Assembly (NCBI GenBank): GCA_963924785.1
Contig: CAWUTK010000033.1
Span: 1-49,922 of the forward strand
Length of the DNA stretch: 49,922 nucleotides
Source of the DNA: an uncultured Opitutales bacterium
Lineage (GTDB): Bacteria; Verrucomicrobiota; Verrucomicrobiia; Opitutales; CAJWYM01
Direction: 5' to 3'
Positions within the stretch are counted from its first letter, which is position 1, and the number at the start of each line of letters is the position of its first letter. Below are positions 36,661-46,441 of the stretch, piece after piece. Both the position numbers and the translations under genes were made by a program. Under the pieces are notes generated by a model. It was not told where the DNA came from, did not search any database, and worked only from the letters and a program-made list of their open reading frames with translations.

Positions 36661-37329
36661 ATGAAATCAGATAAAAAAGATAATGAAAAGCCTCAAGATG
36701 ATAGGCATCTTGTGGATATAAATAATTCTGACACAGAGTTGAATATTGATGAGAGTTTTCAGGTTTTTTGGGAGAAAAATAAAGGTTCAATCGTTCAATG
36801 GATAGTGATTATCTTAGTTGTTTCTGTCGGTTTTCAATTGTTTAAACTTTATGAAAATAAGCAAAATGTGAATCTTCAAGATGAATTTCTTGTTTCATTA
36901 GAAACAGAAGACTTGAGGCTCGCTTTTGCAAATAATCATAAGGCAGAACCGTTGGCGGGATTGAATTTTTTAAAGAGTGCCAACGAGGTTTATGCTAAAG
37001 CAGAGTATAAGGAAGCTTCGGTTTTATATAAGAAATCAACAGATGCATTGGTCGGTACAGCGTTACACGCAAAAGTGTGGATGAGCTATGCCATTTCTTT
37101 GATTAAGTCGGGGGATAAAACGGCTGGCATAAAAGAATTGGAAATGCTGTCTTCTACTGAAACGGCATTTGATGCGGTAAAGGCAGATGCGTTGTTGAAG
37201 CTAATTATTCTTGCGGTAGACGAGAAAAATGTATCCGCAGTTGATGACTATATCGCTCGACTTAGTATGATCGAAAATACTGCTTATACGCTTCAGCGAG
37301 CGGAAAAAATGAAAGAAGACTATCTGTAG
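36661..37329 (+). CDS. membrane-anchored TPR-like protein (YfgM-like), hypothetical
   Basis: One TM helix (WIVIILVVSVGFQLF) followed by a helical repeat region. Weak family assignment. Confidence 0.4.
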   Translation: MKSDKKDNEKPQDDRHLVDINNSDTELNIDESFQVFWEKNKGSIVQWIVIILVVSVGFQLFKLYENKQNVNLQDEFLVSLETEDLRLAFANNHKAEPLAGLNFLKSANEVYAKAEYKEASVLYKKSTDALVGTALHAKVWMSYAISLIKSGDKTAGIKELEMLSSTETAFDAVKADALLKLIILAVDEKNVSAVDDYIARLSMIENTAYTLQRAEKMKEDYL

Positions 37330-37347
37330 TTTTTTAGTAAAATAAAT

Positions 37348-38136
37348 ATGATGCCATTGCCGGTTTGTTTAAGTATAGCCGGGTCTGACTCGGGAGCAGC
37401 AGCTGGTGTTCAAGCTGACACGCTTACATTCTCTGCTTTCGGTGTTTATGCCGTTAATGCAATTACTTGCGTGACGGCACAGAATCCAAAAAAGATTTTT
37501 GATGTTGAGCCTCTGAGTGCTGATATTGTTTTGAGTCAGATTAATGCGTTGAAGGAGTATTATTCAATCGGAGCAGTCAAGACAGGGATGTTGTTGTCTA
37601 AGGAGACTATTCTAGCCGTATCTCAGAGTTTTAATTATTCCGATGTTCCTTTGGTCTTAGATCCCGTTATGGTTTCAACCAGTGGTCGTTGTTTGTTGGA
37701 AAAGGATGCGTTAGGTGTTTTAACAGAAAAGCTGTTTCCTTGTGCAAAATTAGTAACACCCAACTTAGATGAAGTTGAAGTTTTGCTAGGGTTTCGACCT
37801 TCTTCGGAGGATGAGATGATTGATGCAGTAAATAGTCTTGTTGAAGAGTATGGAGTCGCTTTTTTGGTGAAGGGCGGTCATTTGGATACAAGTGAATTGG
37901 TGGATGTGTTAAAGGAGCCGGGATGTGAGCGGGTCATTTTTAGGGCGGATTCTATATCAGATGTGGATACACATGGCAGTGGTTGTACGTTGGCTTCGGC
38001 GATTGCATCTGGGTTGTCTAAGGAAGAATCACTCTTAGATTCGGTTCGCATGGCGCATGGTTATTTGCAGAAGGCATTAAAGAAACCATTATATATAAAC
38101 GATCAGGCGTTCATAAATCATGGGGTTAGGCCATAG
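37348..38136 (+). CDS. thiD: hydroxymethylpyrimidine/phosphomethylpyrimidine kinase
   Basis: SIAGSDSGAAAGVQADTLTF, VKTGML, and the GSGCTLASAIA motifs of ThiD. Confidence 0.9.
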   Translation: MMPLPVCLSIAGSDSGAAAGVQADTLTFSAFGVYAVNAITCVTAQNPKKIFDVEPLSADIVLSQINALKEYYSIGAVKTGMLLSKETILAVSQSFNYSDVPLVLDPVMVSTSGRCLLEKDALGVLTEKLFPCAKLVTPNLDEVEVLLGFRPSSEDEMIDAVNSLVEEYGVAFLVKGGHLDTSELVDVLKEPGCERVIFRADSISDVDTHGSGCTLASAIASGLSKEESLLDSVRMAHGYLQKALKKPLYINDQAFINHGVRP

Positions 38137-39796
38137 GTGTCGATTTATTTATTGTTTAAAGTTTCCGTTGATTTGGATTCTCCTTGCTGAAGTTATTGGC
38201 TTTTATTTTGGCAGAGCGTTTTATGTCAACTCATTGATTGGGCCGTTTTTATGTGGGCTGATTGGTCTTTTGGCGAGTTGGCTCTGTTTGAAGAAATATG
38301 AAGGAGTATTATCTAATGTGTTCATTGGATTCCTGTTTTTGCTAAGTATGAGTTTGATGTTTTTTGGGTATTATAAATTCCGAGTTCCAGATTTACCTAA
38401 TGATTACCGAGATTTACCGCCACGTGAGGTTGTTGTTAGTTTGGCAATAATGGAAGTCAAGTTTAGCGAAAAGAACCTGTTTGGTATTGGTCGAATAGTC
38501 GTAACCAACAAAGTGGCGGAGTATATGATTGGACGAGAGGTTCGATTTATGCTTAGAAAACCCGAAGAAGGGGAGAGTGTTGTCAAGGGGTCGATTGTGA
38601 AAGTAAACGGGGTGTTGAGTGCAATAAGTGAAAATGATTACTATAACGAATCTTATAAAAGATATTTGAAAAGTAGCGGTATATTACACGAAATTCGAAG
38701 GGGTAGGGTTTTGCGGGAACAAAAAAAACCTTCTTTTAGCCGGCGATTTTTCAAAACAGTAAATGTGAAATTAAATGAAGCGTTGACTAATGGTGTTGTC
38801 AATGAGGAGGGTTTGCCAATTTATCGTGCAATGTTGTTAGGTGAGAAGCAGGTCCTTGTTGGTGCACAAAAGGATGTCTTTCAGAAAACAGGAACAATGC
38901 ATTTGTTTGCCATTAGTGGCTTACATATTTGTATTGTTGCAACATTGATCGGAGGGAGTTTGTTTTTGTTGCCGTTTTCTTTTCAGCTCAAAGGTGTGCT
39001 GGGGCTTGTGGTTTTGTTTTGTTATGTTCGGGTCACGGGTGATAGCGCTTCGGCTTTGCGAGCATTTTTCATGGTATTTTTCTTCGTGGGATCGTTTATT
39101 GTGGCACGTCAATATAATGCGTTTGGAGCGTTGGTTGCGTCAGCCGTTATTATGTTGTTATTGAATCCTGGCCAGTTGTGGAGTTTAGGCTTTCAACTTT
39201 CGTATTCGGTTGTGATGGGGATTTTGTTTTATGGAGTTCCGTTGGCCACATTTTTGCAAGAACGGTTCGTTTTGTGGCGCTACCTACCAGAGAAAAGTGT
39301 GTCATGGTTGCAGAGATTGGTGCGCTGGGTTTGGAAAAATGTTTTAGGTAGCTTTGGGGTAAGTGTGTCAGCGGTAATTCTAAGTGCACCTTTGGTTGTT
39401 TGTTATTTCAACATTTTCACACCCTCATCTGTGCTAGTGAATGTTCCACTTGTTTTTATTGCGACACTGGTGATGGGGTTAGGCGGTTTTTCTATTTTTA
39501 TTCAAGGTTTTGGTTTATCCTCTGTCGGATGTTTATTGAACCAGTTATCTATTCATTTGATCGATTTAATGACTTTTTTTACCTCTAAGGCGGTTGTGTT
39601 GCCGGGGGCCTATTTTGTCATGGATGAGGTTTCTGCTTTCGCGACTTATTTAACGCTTGGATTGTTGTTGGCGTTTCTGTTAATGATGGAATTGTTAAAG
39701 CCTTTGTTTGTGAAATGGCTAGGGGGTGCCTATCGAAAAACATTGCTTTTATTCCCGCCGTTTACTCTGATTGTATATCTGATATGGCAACGATAG
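38120..39796 (+). CDS. comEC: ComEC/Rec2 family competence membrane protein (no beta-lactamase domain)
   Basis: Polytopic protein with the competence-domain motif GTMHLFAISGLHI. The start codon is uncertain (overlaps the thiD end). Confidence 0.85.
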   Translation: MGLGHRCRFIYCLKFPLIWILLAEVIGFYFGRAFYVNSLIGPFLCGLIGLLASWLCLKKYEGVLSNVFIGFLFLLSMSLMFFGYYKFRVPDLPNDYRDLPPREVVVSLAIMEVKFSEKNLFGIGRIVVTNKVAEYMIGREVRFMLRKPEEGESVVKGSIVKVNGVLSAISENDYYNESYKRYLKSSGILHEIRRGRVLREQKKPSFSRRFFKTVNVKLNEALTNGVVNEEGLPIYRAMLLGEKQVLVGAQKDVFQKTGTMHLFAISGLHICIVATLIGGSLFLLPFSFQLKGVLGLVVLFCYVRVTGDSASALRAFFMVFFFVGSFIVARQYNAFGALVASAVIMLLLNPGQLWSLGFQLSYSVVMGILFYGVPLATFLQERFVLWRYLPEKSVSWLQRLVRWVWKNVLGSFGVSVSAVILSAPLVVCYFNIFTPSSVLVNVPLVFIATLVMGLGGFSIFIQGFGLSSVGCLLNQLSIHLIDLMTFFTSKAVVLPGAYFVMDEVSAFATYLTLGLLLAFLLMMELLKPLFVKWLGGAYRKTLLLFPPFTLIVYLIWQR

Positions 39797-41145
39797 ATAC
39801 TATTCTTAATGAAGGAATTCGGCATCTGGATGGACAGGATTTTCAACAAGCCATCGCTTCTTTTAATAAGGCATTGGATTCACAGCCAGAGCACCCTGAT
39901 GCGAACCATTTATTAGGTTGTGCGGCTTGTAAGTTGGGGAAGCCTGAAATTGGCATAAAGTTCATATTGAGAGCTATTGAATTGAACGCATCGATTCCTG
40001 CTTTCTATGAAAGCGCAGGCCATTATTTTCATAAAATGCACCGTTTTCAAGAGGCGGTTACACATTTTCGAAAAGCCCTAAAGTTTGACCCCAATAATAA
40101 TGCGAATTTAGCTTCCTTGGGGTCTTGCCTTTTGGATGGAGGGAATTGGAAGCAAGCGTCCGAATATTTTCAGAAATCGATTGATATAAATCCGAGCAAT
40201 GCGAGTGCCCATTATGGACTTGGTTTTGCATTGCTGTGTGCGGGAGATTTTCAGCGTGGATTTGAGGAATATGAGTGGCGTTGGAAAACAGACAAGTATG
40301 GGCAGTTTCAGCGTCACGCGGAATTTTTATTTTGGGATGGAACGACTCAAGGCGGTAAGCGAATTTTAATTCACACGGAGCAAGGTTATGGTGATACGTT
40401 TCTTTTTTCGAGATATTTGAAAGAGGTTAAAGCGAAAGGAATGCATGTTATTCTTGAAACAAGGAAAGAATTAATGCCTTTGTTTCAAGATGACGTATCG
40501 GTTGATGAGCTTTTTCCCATGGATGCCCCTTTACCAGCCTTTGATTGTCAGTGTTCCCTTTTATCGATTCCTCGTGTTTTAAATTCAACAATAGATGAGT
40601 TGCCGGGCACTATGCCGTATATAGCGCCTAGGTTGAAATCGAACATTGAATTGCCTGTAGGCAAGAAAATTGGTTTGGTTTGGGCGGGGAGTGTAAATAA
40701 TCAGAATGACACTGTCCGTTCTGTTTCCCTAGATCATTATTTGCCGTTGATTGATTGCGGCACAGATTGCTCGTTTATTAGTTTACAGAAATCACCGAAG
40801 AGCAAAGACATTAAAGAGTTGAATTTATCGAGCAGGGTTCTTGATTTGGATGATCAACTGAACGACTTTCTTGACACGGCTTCTGTTATTAATGAATTGG
40901 ATTTATTAATAACGGTTGATACGGGGGTGGCTCATTTAGCTGGAGCGATGAATAAGCCAGTTTGGGTTATTGTTCCACCTGATCCAGATTGGCGGTGGTT
41001 GATAAAAAAGAACCATTTACCGTTAATGATGCAAGGATGGGATACTTCGCCTTGGTATCCTGGATCAAGGATTTACCGCCGTTCTGCGATTCAAGAAATT
41101 GACGGAATTATCGCTTTGATGTGTGAAGACTTGATTCGTCTTTAA
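39784..41145 (+). CDS. TPR-repeat protein fused to a GT9-like (heptosyltransferase-fold) glycosyltransferase domain
   Basis: N-terminal TPRs (AIASFNKALDSQPEHPDANHLLG etc.). The C-terminal ILIHTEQGYGDTFLFSRYL and TVDTGVAHLAGAMNKPVWV resemble GT9. ATG 39784 is preferred over the track start 39715. Confidence 0.7.
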   Translation: MATIDTILNEGIRHLDGQDFQQAIASFNKALDSQPEHPDANHLLGCAACKLGKPEIGIKFILRAIELNASIPAFYESAGHYFHKMHRFQEAVTHFRKALKFDPNNNANLASLGSCLLDGGNWKQASEYFQKSIDINPSNASAHYGLGFALLCAGDFQRGFEEYEWRWKTDKYGQFQRHAEFLFWDGTTQGGKRILIHTEQGYGDTFLFSRYLKEVKAKGMHVILETRKELMPLFQDDVSVDELFPMDAPLPAFDCQCSLLSIPRVLNSTIDELPGTMPYIAPRLKSNIELPVGKKIGLVWAGSVNNQNDTVRSVSLDHYLPLIDCGTDCSFISLQKSPKSKDIKELNLSSRVLDLDDQLNDFLDTASVINELDLLITVDTGVAHLAGAMNKPVWVIVPPDPDWRWLIKKNHLPLMMQGWDTSPWYPGSRIYRRSAIQEIDGIIALMCEDLIRL

Positions 41146-41146
41146 G

Positions 41147-42241
41147 CTACATTTGTTTAACAGAGACGAACATGTTGAGTAGGTTGCTGTTAGAGCTTTT
41201 ACCAAACACGGTTGGTCCAAATAGCTTAAAATAGTCATTTTCGTCATTTTTAATGACTTGCCCCGCATTAATTCGTTCCCCTTCTTTTAATACAAGCACT
41301 GTTCCGAGACGTTTAATTCCGACGGCGTGTCTGTCCCCGTTTTTATCGATGAAGCTTATTTCGGGATATATTTCGACTTCTACCATTCCGTTATCCATTG
41401 CTTTAGGTAGTATTTTTAAAGCGGATCCAATTTCTCGCATTTGGACATCTGGAACTTCACTTGTCATTACGATTACCTTACCAGAGTCTGATATGGCGAC
41501 CTTATGCTTGCGGAAAATTTCATTTAACTGAATTGGGTTGATTTGTTCTTGTCCGGCAAAGAGATTTGCGGAACGGCCACTTTTGGTTACCAGAAATAAG
41601 CTGTCTTCGTTTGAGCCGGTTGTTTTGGATATGTTTCCGTCTATATCAATCTGTGAGAGATCTGGAAGTTTCATTTTACCGTTTTCAACAGAGATAATGC
41701 CTCGGTTTCGAGGGATATTGAGATCGAGGCTTATTTGGCGATCTTTTTTCTCATATTTTTCAATGAATTCGATGCTAACCTTAATGTTGGGGACTTTTTT
41801 GTCTAATTTAGCTAAACGTTCAGCGACTTTATTGACAATTTCCTTTCGGTCATAAACAACGATAGCATTTCGATAGTCCATGTATGTGAAAGCACCGCTT
41901 TCAGAGAGCAAGGGTCCGCAAACTCTTTTTGCTGTTTTAAAGTCGATGGAGTGTAACGGGATTATCTCAGCTACTTCTTCATAGTCAATTTGTGATAAAA
42001 TGGTTTTCACTTTAAGTATTACCGAGTTTTTGTCGTATATTAATACCGAATTCTTAGCGGCTTCGTGGGCAATGATTCCTTTTTCGGAAAGCATTGGCTT
42101 GCAAACCTTTTCGAATGTTACGAAGGAAATGCTGTAGAGAGGAAGTAGTTCGGCTCTTTCTTCATCTTCTGCTTGAACGCCGTTGAGTGGTAGGATTAAA
42201 GAAGAAGCTATCGCTAGAAGCACATAGAGTGTTTTTGTCAT
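41147..42241 (-). CDS. short secretin-family outer-membrane protein (two Secretin_N-like modules plus secretin domain)
   Basis: Signal peptide MTKTLYVLLAIASSLILPLNGVQA. Two ~65-aa repeats (LLPLYSISFVTFEKVCKPMLSEKG...IYDKNSVILKVKTILSQID and IIPLHSIDFKTAKRVCGPLLSESG...VYDRKEIVNKVAERLAKLD). The C-terminal part is secretin-like (NIKVSIEFIE..., LKILPKAMDNGMVEVEIYPEIS, VLVLKEGERINAGQVI). Confidence 0.6.
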   Translation of the reverse strand: MTKTLYVLLAIASSLILPLNGVQAEDEERAELLPLYSISFVTFEKVCKPMLSEKGIIAHEAAKNSVLIYDKNSVILKVKTILSQIDYEEVAEIIPLHSIDFKTAKRVCGPLLSESGAFTYMDYRNAIVVYDRKEIVNKVAERLAKLDKKVPNIKVSIEFIEKYEKKDRQISLDLNIPRNRGIISVENGKMKLPDLSQIDIDGNISKTTGSNEDSLFLVTKSGRSANLFAGQEQINPIQLNEIFRKHKVAISDSGKVIVMTSEVPDVQMREIGSALKILPKAMDNGMVEVEIYPEISFIDKNGDRHAVGIKRLGTVLVLKEGERINAGQVIKNDENDYFKLFGPTVFGKSSNSNLLNMFVSVKQM

Positions 42242-42364
42242 GCGAACATAATAATAAGGAATTTAATTTATTGTCGAGAGGGAAGTCGTGCGATTTTGTA
42301 TTTGCTTTGCGGGGAGGAATAGTATTTTTTATATGGTTTTTCCAGGAAATCACACATATATACA

Positions 42365-42988
42365 ATGAAAAATTTAAAGTTAGACGTTCGCACAAGAGAG
42401 AGAAAAGGAACCGCACATTCCAAGAAGCTACGTAACGAGGGTGAAATTCCGGCTGTTGTTTATTCTAAGGCAGGAAGTTCTACTTACGCAATAGGGGCGA
42501 AAGCTTTTGCTGCTCTTTATAAAGAAGCGATGGGGACGGCAAGTATTGTTGAAATTACCGATGAAGCTAGCAATAAAAAGCTGACTTTTATTAAGGAAAT
42601 TCAAAAAGACCCTCTTTCTTTACAATTTATTCATGTTGATTTTCAAGAAGTATCTGAGGATGCTCTGTTTACAGCAACGGTTCCTGTTGAAGTGGTCGGA
42701 GAAAGTTACGGTGTGAAGAATGAGGGTGCGTCAATCGAAGTTCTTATCCACGAATTGGAGATTAAATGTAAGCCAAATGATTTGCCTTCGAAAGTGACTG
42801 TTGATATTACCGATATGAAAGCGGGTGATACTGTTTCAGTGAGTGGTTTGACTGGGTTTGAGGGTGTTTCTTTCACTATGGATGAAACTCAACCGGTTGT
42901 TATGTGTCTTGCTCCTGGTAGCGAAGAAGAGGAAGATGAAGTAGAGGTTGTGGCGACTGAAGAAGTTGCTGAAGAACCTGCTTCATAA
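42365..42988 (+). CDS. rplY: 50S ribosomal protein L25 / general stress protein Ctc
   Basis: RKGTAHSKKLRNEGEIPAVVY N-terminus, two-domain Ctc form with an acidic tail. Located upstream of pth, as in many bacteria. Confidence 0.9.
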   Translation: MKNLKLDVRTRERKGTAHSKKLRNEGEIPAVVYSKAGSSTYAIGAKAFAALYKEAMGTASIVEITDEASNKKLTFIKEIQKDPLSLQFIHVDFQEVSEDALFTATVPVEVVGESYGVKNEGASIEVLIHELEIKCKPNDLPSKVTVDITDMKAGDTVSVSGLTGFEGVSFTMDETQPVVMCLAPGSEEEEDEVEVVATEEVAEEPAS

Positions 42989-43079
42989 GTAATTTCGTCT
43001 GAATAAGTTTTTACAGCAATTTGCTAAAATTTGTTCCAGTCGTTTTCCTTCAAAATCTTCTGTAAGTGAAGGTCAGGAT

Positions 43080-43673
43080 GCGATTGTTATTACAGGCTTA
43101 GGGAATCCGGGACAAGAGTATCAAGGGACGAGGCACAATATCGGCCATTTTGTTCTGGATGCATTCGCTGAAAGTTTAGGGGGAACTTGGAGTTTAAAGA
43201 AGAATTTATTAGCTGAAGAGTGTCGAGTTGATTTAGGAGGACAGAAGATTTTTTTAATTAAACCTACTACGTATATGAATCAAAGCGGGCTTTGTTTGAG
43301 TAAGGTATTGCGATTTTATAAGATAAATGTGGAGAAGTTGATAGTTGTTTATGACGATATCACCTTGGATGTAGGTGGTTTGAAGCTCGCTACAACAGGC
43401 GGAAATGGCGGCCATAATGGAATTAAGGATATTTTAAAGTATGCAGGAGGAGGTTTTGTTAGATTTCGAGTTGGGATTGGTGGGAAAAAGCATCCAGAAA
43501 TGGATTTAGCCGATCATGTGCTTGGGAAAATAACGGAGAACGAACGAGTGATTTTCATGGAAAAAGTGAATGAATTTATAGTAGGATTGAAGCTGGTTGT
43601 TGACAAGGGCGCTAATCTTGCCATGAATAGTTTAAATAGGAAAAAGAAAAATAATGACACAGATAAAAGATAG
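43080..43673 (+). CDS. pth: peptidyl-tRNA hydrolase (minimum conserved extent; start codon unresolved)
   Basis: The track gives only 43275..43673. The same frame is open from 42993 and encodes AIVITGLGNPGQEYQGTRHNIGHFVLDAFAE... (the GLGNPG and catalytic-His motifs) upstream of the first in-frame ATG/GTG/TTG. Confidence 0.85.
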   Translation, partial: AIVITGLGNPGQEYQGTRHNIGHFVLDAFAESLGGTWSLKKNLLAEECRVDLGGQKIFLIKPTTYMNQSGLCLSKVLRFYKINVEKLIVVYDDITLDVGGLKLATTGGNGGHNGIKDILKYAGGGFVRFRVGIGGKKHPEMDLADHVLGKITENERVIFMEKVNEFIVGLKLVVDKGANLAMNSLNRKKKNNDTDKR

Positions 43674-43953
43674 AAAATATTTGGCCACATTTGTTTTGGA
43701 TTCGCGAGAAATCACGGATTCAGTTGATAGTGTGGTTTCGCAAATCACAGAAGTTGTTGAAAAAGCTGAAGGTGAGGTTCAAAAAGTTGAAAATAAGGGA
43801 ACGCAACAGTTTGCAAGAACTCCTGATAAGGGTTTATCTGCGGGTGTTTATTTGCAAATGGAATTTGTTTCTGGTGCAAAGGGTCCTGAGAAAATCAAAG
43901 AATCGCTTCGCTTGGAGAAGGTTGTGAACAGGATCTTAATCCAATCAATTTGA
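43654..43953 (+). CDS. rpsF: 30S ribosomal protein S6
   Basis: 99 aa. RKYLATFVLDS...QKVENKGTQQFA pattern of S6. Positioned before ssb. Confidence 0.85.
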   Translation: MTQIKDRKYLATFVLDSREITDSVDSVVSQITEVVEKAEGEVQKVENKGTQQFARTPDKGLSAGVYLQMEFVSGAKGPEKIKESLRLEKVVNRILIQSI

Positions 43954-43957
43954 TTGA

Positions 43958-44410
43958 ATGGCCTCTTTTAATAAAGTTGTTTTAATGGGCAATTTGACAC
44001 GTGACCCAGATGTCCGTGTTACAAGTAATGGCTTGAGCATATGTAAGTTTGGCTTGGCGGTTAATCGCTCATATACTGATGCCGGAGGAAATAAGAAGGA
44101 TGAGACAACTTTTGTAGATCTCACTGCTTTTGGTAAGACTGGAGAGGCCCTCTCAAAGTATGTGTCAAAGGGGAGTCCGCTTTTTATCGAAGGTCGTTTG
44201 AATTTCAGTTCTTGGGAAAGCAATACTGGCGAGAAAAAAAGTAAGCTAGATGTTATAATAGAGAACTTTCAATTTATTGGAGGCAAGAATGAAAATTCTT
44301 CCTCGAATAGCGGCGGTGGTTATGATCAGTCAGCTCCACCTGCAAGAGAACAGTCAGTGGCAGCACCTGCTGCAAAAAGTGCAGATATTGACGAGGATGT
44401 GCCTTTCTGA
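43958..44410 (+). CDS. ssb: single-stranded DNA-binding protein
   Basis: OB fold MASFNKVVLMGNLTRDPDVR, a Gly/Ser-rich linker, and the acidic tail DIDEDVPF. Confidence 0.95.
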   Translation: MASFNKVVLMGNLTRDPDVRVTSNGLSICKFGLAVNRSYTDAGGNKKDETTFVDLTAFGKTGEALSKYVSKGSPLFIEGRLNFSSWESNTGEKKSKLDVIIENFQFIGGKNENSSSNSGGGYDQSAPPAREQSVAAPAAKSADIDEDVPF

Positions 44411-44474
44411 AGAGGCAATGCTAATATTGTTATTTAAAGAATAACATAGAATAAATAATTAAATATAAAATAAG

Positions 44475-44942
44475 ATGGCTACAGCAAACGTATTATTACT
44501 AGAACAAGTTCCATGTCTTGGTTCTGAAGGCGAAGAAGTTCGTGTAAAAGCGGGTTACGCTCGAAATTTTCTATTCCCTTTTAAAAAGGCAATACCTTTA
44601 ACGCAATCCAATAGAAAGCAGATTGAATCGTTGAACCAAGCTAGATCTGTAAGGTTAGCAAAAGATTTATCTACTGCTGAAGAACTTGCGACTAAGTTGA
44701 AGAAAACAAGTATTGCAATCGCTGTTAAAACTGGCGAGCAAGGTAAGTTTTTTGGAGCGGTAACGGGGCGAGAGATTTTAGAGCGTTTAGTAGAAGAAGG
44801 CTTTGAATTGACAAAAAAGCAATTGAGTTTGCCGGCGCCTATCAAGACTTTGGGGAAACATTCTATTGGACTCAAATTGCATTCTGATGTGACTTTGGAT
44901 TTTAATTTTGAAGTTGTTTCGGAAAACCCTCTCGAAGAGTAA
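44475..44942 (+). CDS. rplI: 50S ribosomal protein L9
   Basis: VLLLEQVPCLGSEGEEVRVKAGYARNFLFP N-terminal domain. 155 aa. Confidence 0.95.
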   Translation: MATANVLLLEQVPCLGSEGEEVRVKAGYARNFLFPFKKAIPLTQSNRKQIESLNQARSVRLAKDLSTAEELATKLKKTSIAIAVKTGEQGKFFGAVTGREILERLVEEGFELTKKQLSLPAPIKTLGKHSIGLKLHSDVTLDFNFEVVSENPLEE

Positions 44943-44989
44943 TGTTACGAGTCCTTTGATTTAACTGGTCTGATCGGAACTATTTATCG

Positions 44990-46441
44990 ATGCCTTCTTC
45001 TCAAATGAAGTCAAAAGGGGGGTATTCGAAGAAATCCTATGGCGGAAGTGGTTCTGGATCACAGGGTTCATTGCGCGTTTTACCACATAGTATTGATGCT
45101 GAAGAGGGACTCATAGCTTCTTGCATACTCGATGGTGGACTGGAGGTTTTAAATGAATGTATTGAAAAAAGAATCAGTGAGGATTCTTTTTTTAAGCCAG
45201 CTCATAAATTTCTTTTTGAGGCATTAAAGGAGCTTTATGAAGAAAATATACCGGTAGATGAGATTGTTCTTTTTGATAAATTACAAAAGCTAGGACACGA
45301 CGAAGATGTTGGTGGTCTTGCTACGATCAATAGAATTACGGATCGAATTGAGACTGTTGCCCACGCGTCCCATTGGTTGGAAATTGTTCGAGAAAAAGCA
45401 TTGCTGAGGAGCTTGATCAAAACCTCCTCTGGTTTGATTGAGAAATGTTACACTCATGTCGATGATATGGAGTCGTTTCTGGGGCAAGCAGAACAGGATA
45501 TTTTTAAAATCAGTCAAGGTCGTATTGTTGATGCAGCTCAACATATTAAGGGGCCGATTGAAAGTGCCGCAAAAATGGTGAATTTGTTGCTTCAAAAGAA
45601 GCATTCAGGTTTTGGACTGAGAAGTGGCTTAAAAGATTTGGATGCGATGACTTTTGGTTTTCATCCAACCCAAATGATTGTTTTAGCTGCGCGTCCCTCT
45701 GTTGGAAAGACCAGTTTGGCGATGAATTTTGTAGAACGAGCGATTATTCCTCATGTCAATGAAGGGGATCCGGCGAATGTTTTGGTTTTTAGCCTGGAAA
45801 TGGGAGCTGATCAATTAGCAATGCGTATGCTTTGTGGTCGTGCAGGTGTTGACATGGAGAAATTGAGAACGGGTTTTTCTGATAAGGAACAGTCTCGTAA
45901 TTTGGCTCAAGCAGCGAAAGAATTGCAGAGTACAACGCTTTGGATTGATGATTCAGGGCACTTGACTATATCTGAACTTCGAGCCAAGGCACGTCGTGTC
46001 GATGCGAAGCACAAGCTGGGTTTAGTTGTTATTGATTATTTGCAGTTGATTGCGGGATCGGATAATCGGATGCCTCGCGAGCAACAAATTGCCGAGATTT
46101 CTCGTAATTTGAAAGGTATGTCCAAGGAGTTGAATCTTCCGGTAATTGTGCTTAGTCAGTTGAACCGAGCTTCAGAAAAAGATAACCGTGACCCTCGCTT
46201 GTCTGATTTGAGGGAATCAGGTTCTATTGAGCAGGATGCTGATGTCGTTTTTCTTTTACATCGTACTCAAAATAGGTCAAGTTTAGAGGATGATGGAAAT
46301 GAGCAGTTTGACCCCAATTTTGAACCGATAAAATTAATTGTCGCTAAACAAAGAAATGGTCCAACTGGTGAAGTTCCTTTAACTTTCATAAGAAATCTAA
46401 CTAAATTCGAAAATGCAGCTAAAGATTATGCGTCTCAATAA
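44990..46441 (+). CDS. dnaB: replicative DNA helicase
   Basis: LPHSIDAEEGLIASCIL, Walker A ARPSVGKTS, VVIDYLQLI, and LSQLNR motifs. Confidence 0.95.
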   Translation: MPSSQMKSKGGYSKKSYGGSGSGSQGSLRVLPHSIDAEEGLIASCILDGGLEVLNECIEKRISEDSFFKPAHKFLFEALKELYEENIPVDEIVLFDKLQKLGHDEDVGGLATINRITDRIETVAHASHWLEIVREKALLRSLIKTSSGLIEKCYTHVDDMESFLGQAEQDIFKISQGRIVDAAQHIKGPIESAAKMVNLLLQKKHSGFGLRSGLKDLDAMTFGFHPTQMIVLAARPSVGKTSLAMNFVERAIIPHVNEGDPANVLVFSLEMGADQLAMRMLCGRAGVDMEKLRTGFSDKEQSRNLAQAAKELQSTTLWIDDSGHLTISELRAKARRVDAKHKLGLVVIDYLQLIAGSDNRMPREQQIAEISRNLKGMSKELNLPVIVLSQLNRASEKDNRDPRLSDLRESGSIEQDADVVFLLHRTQNRSSLEDDGNEQFDPNFEPIKLIVAKQRNGPTGEVPLTFIRNLTKFENAAKDYASQ

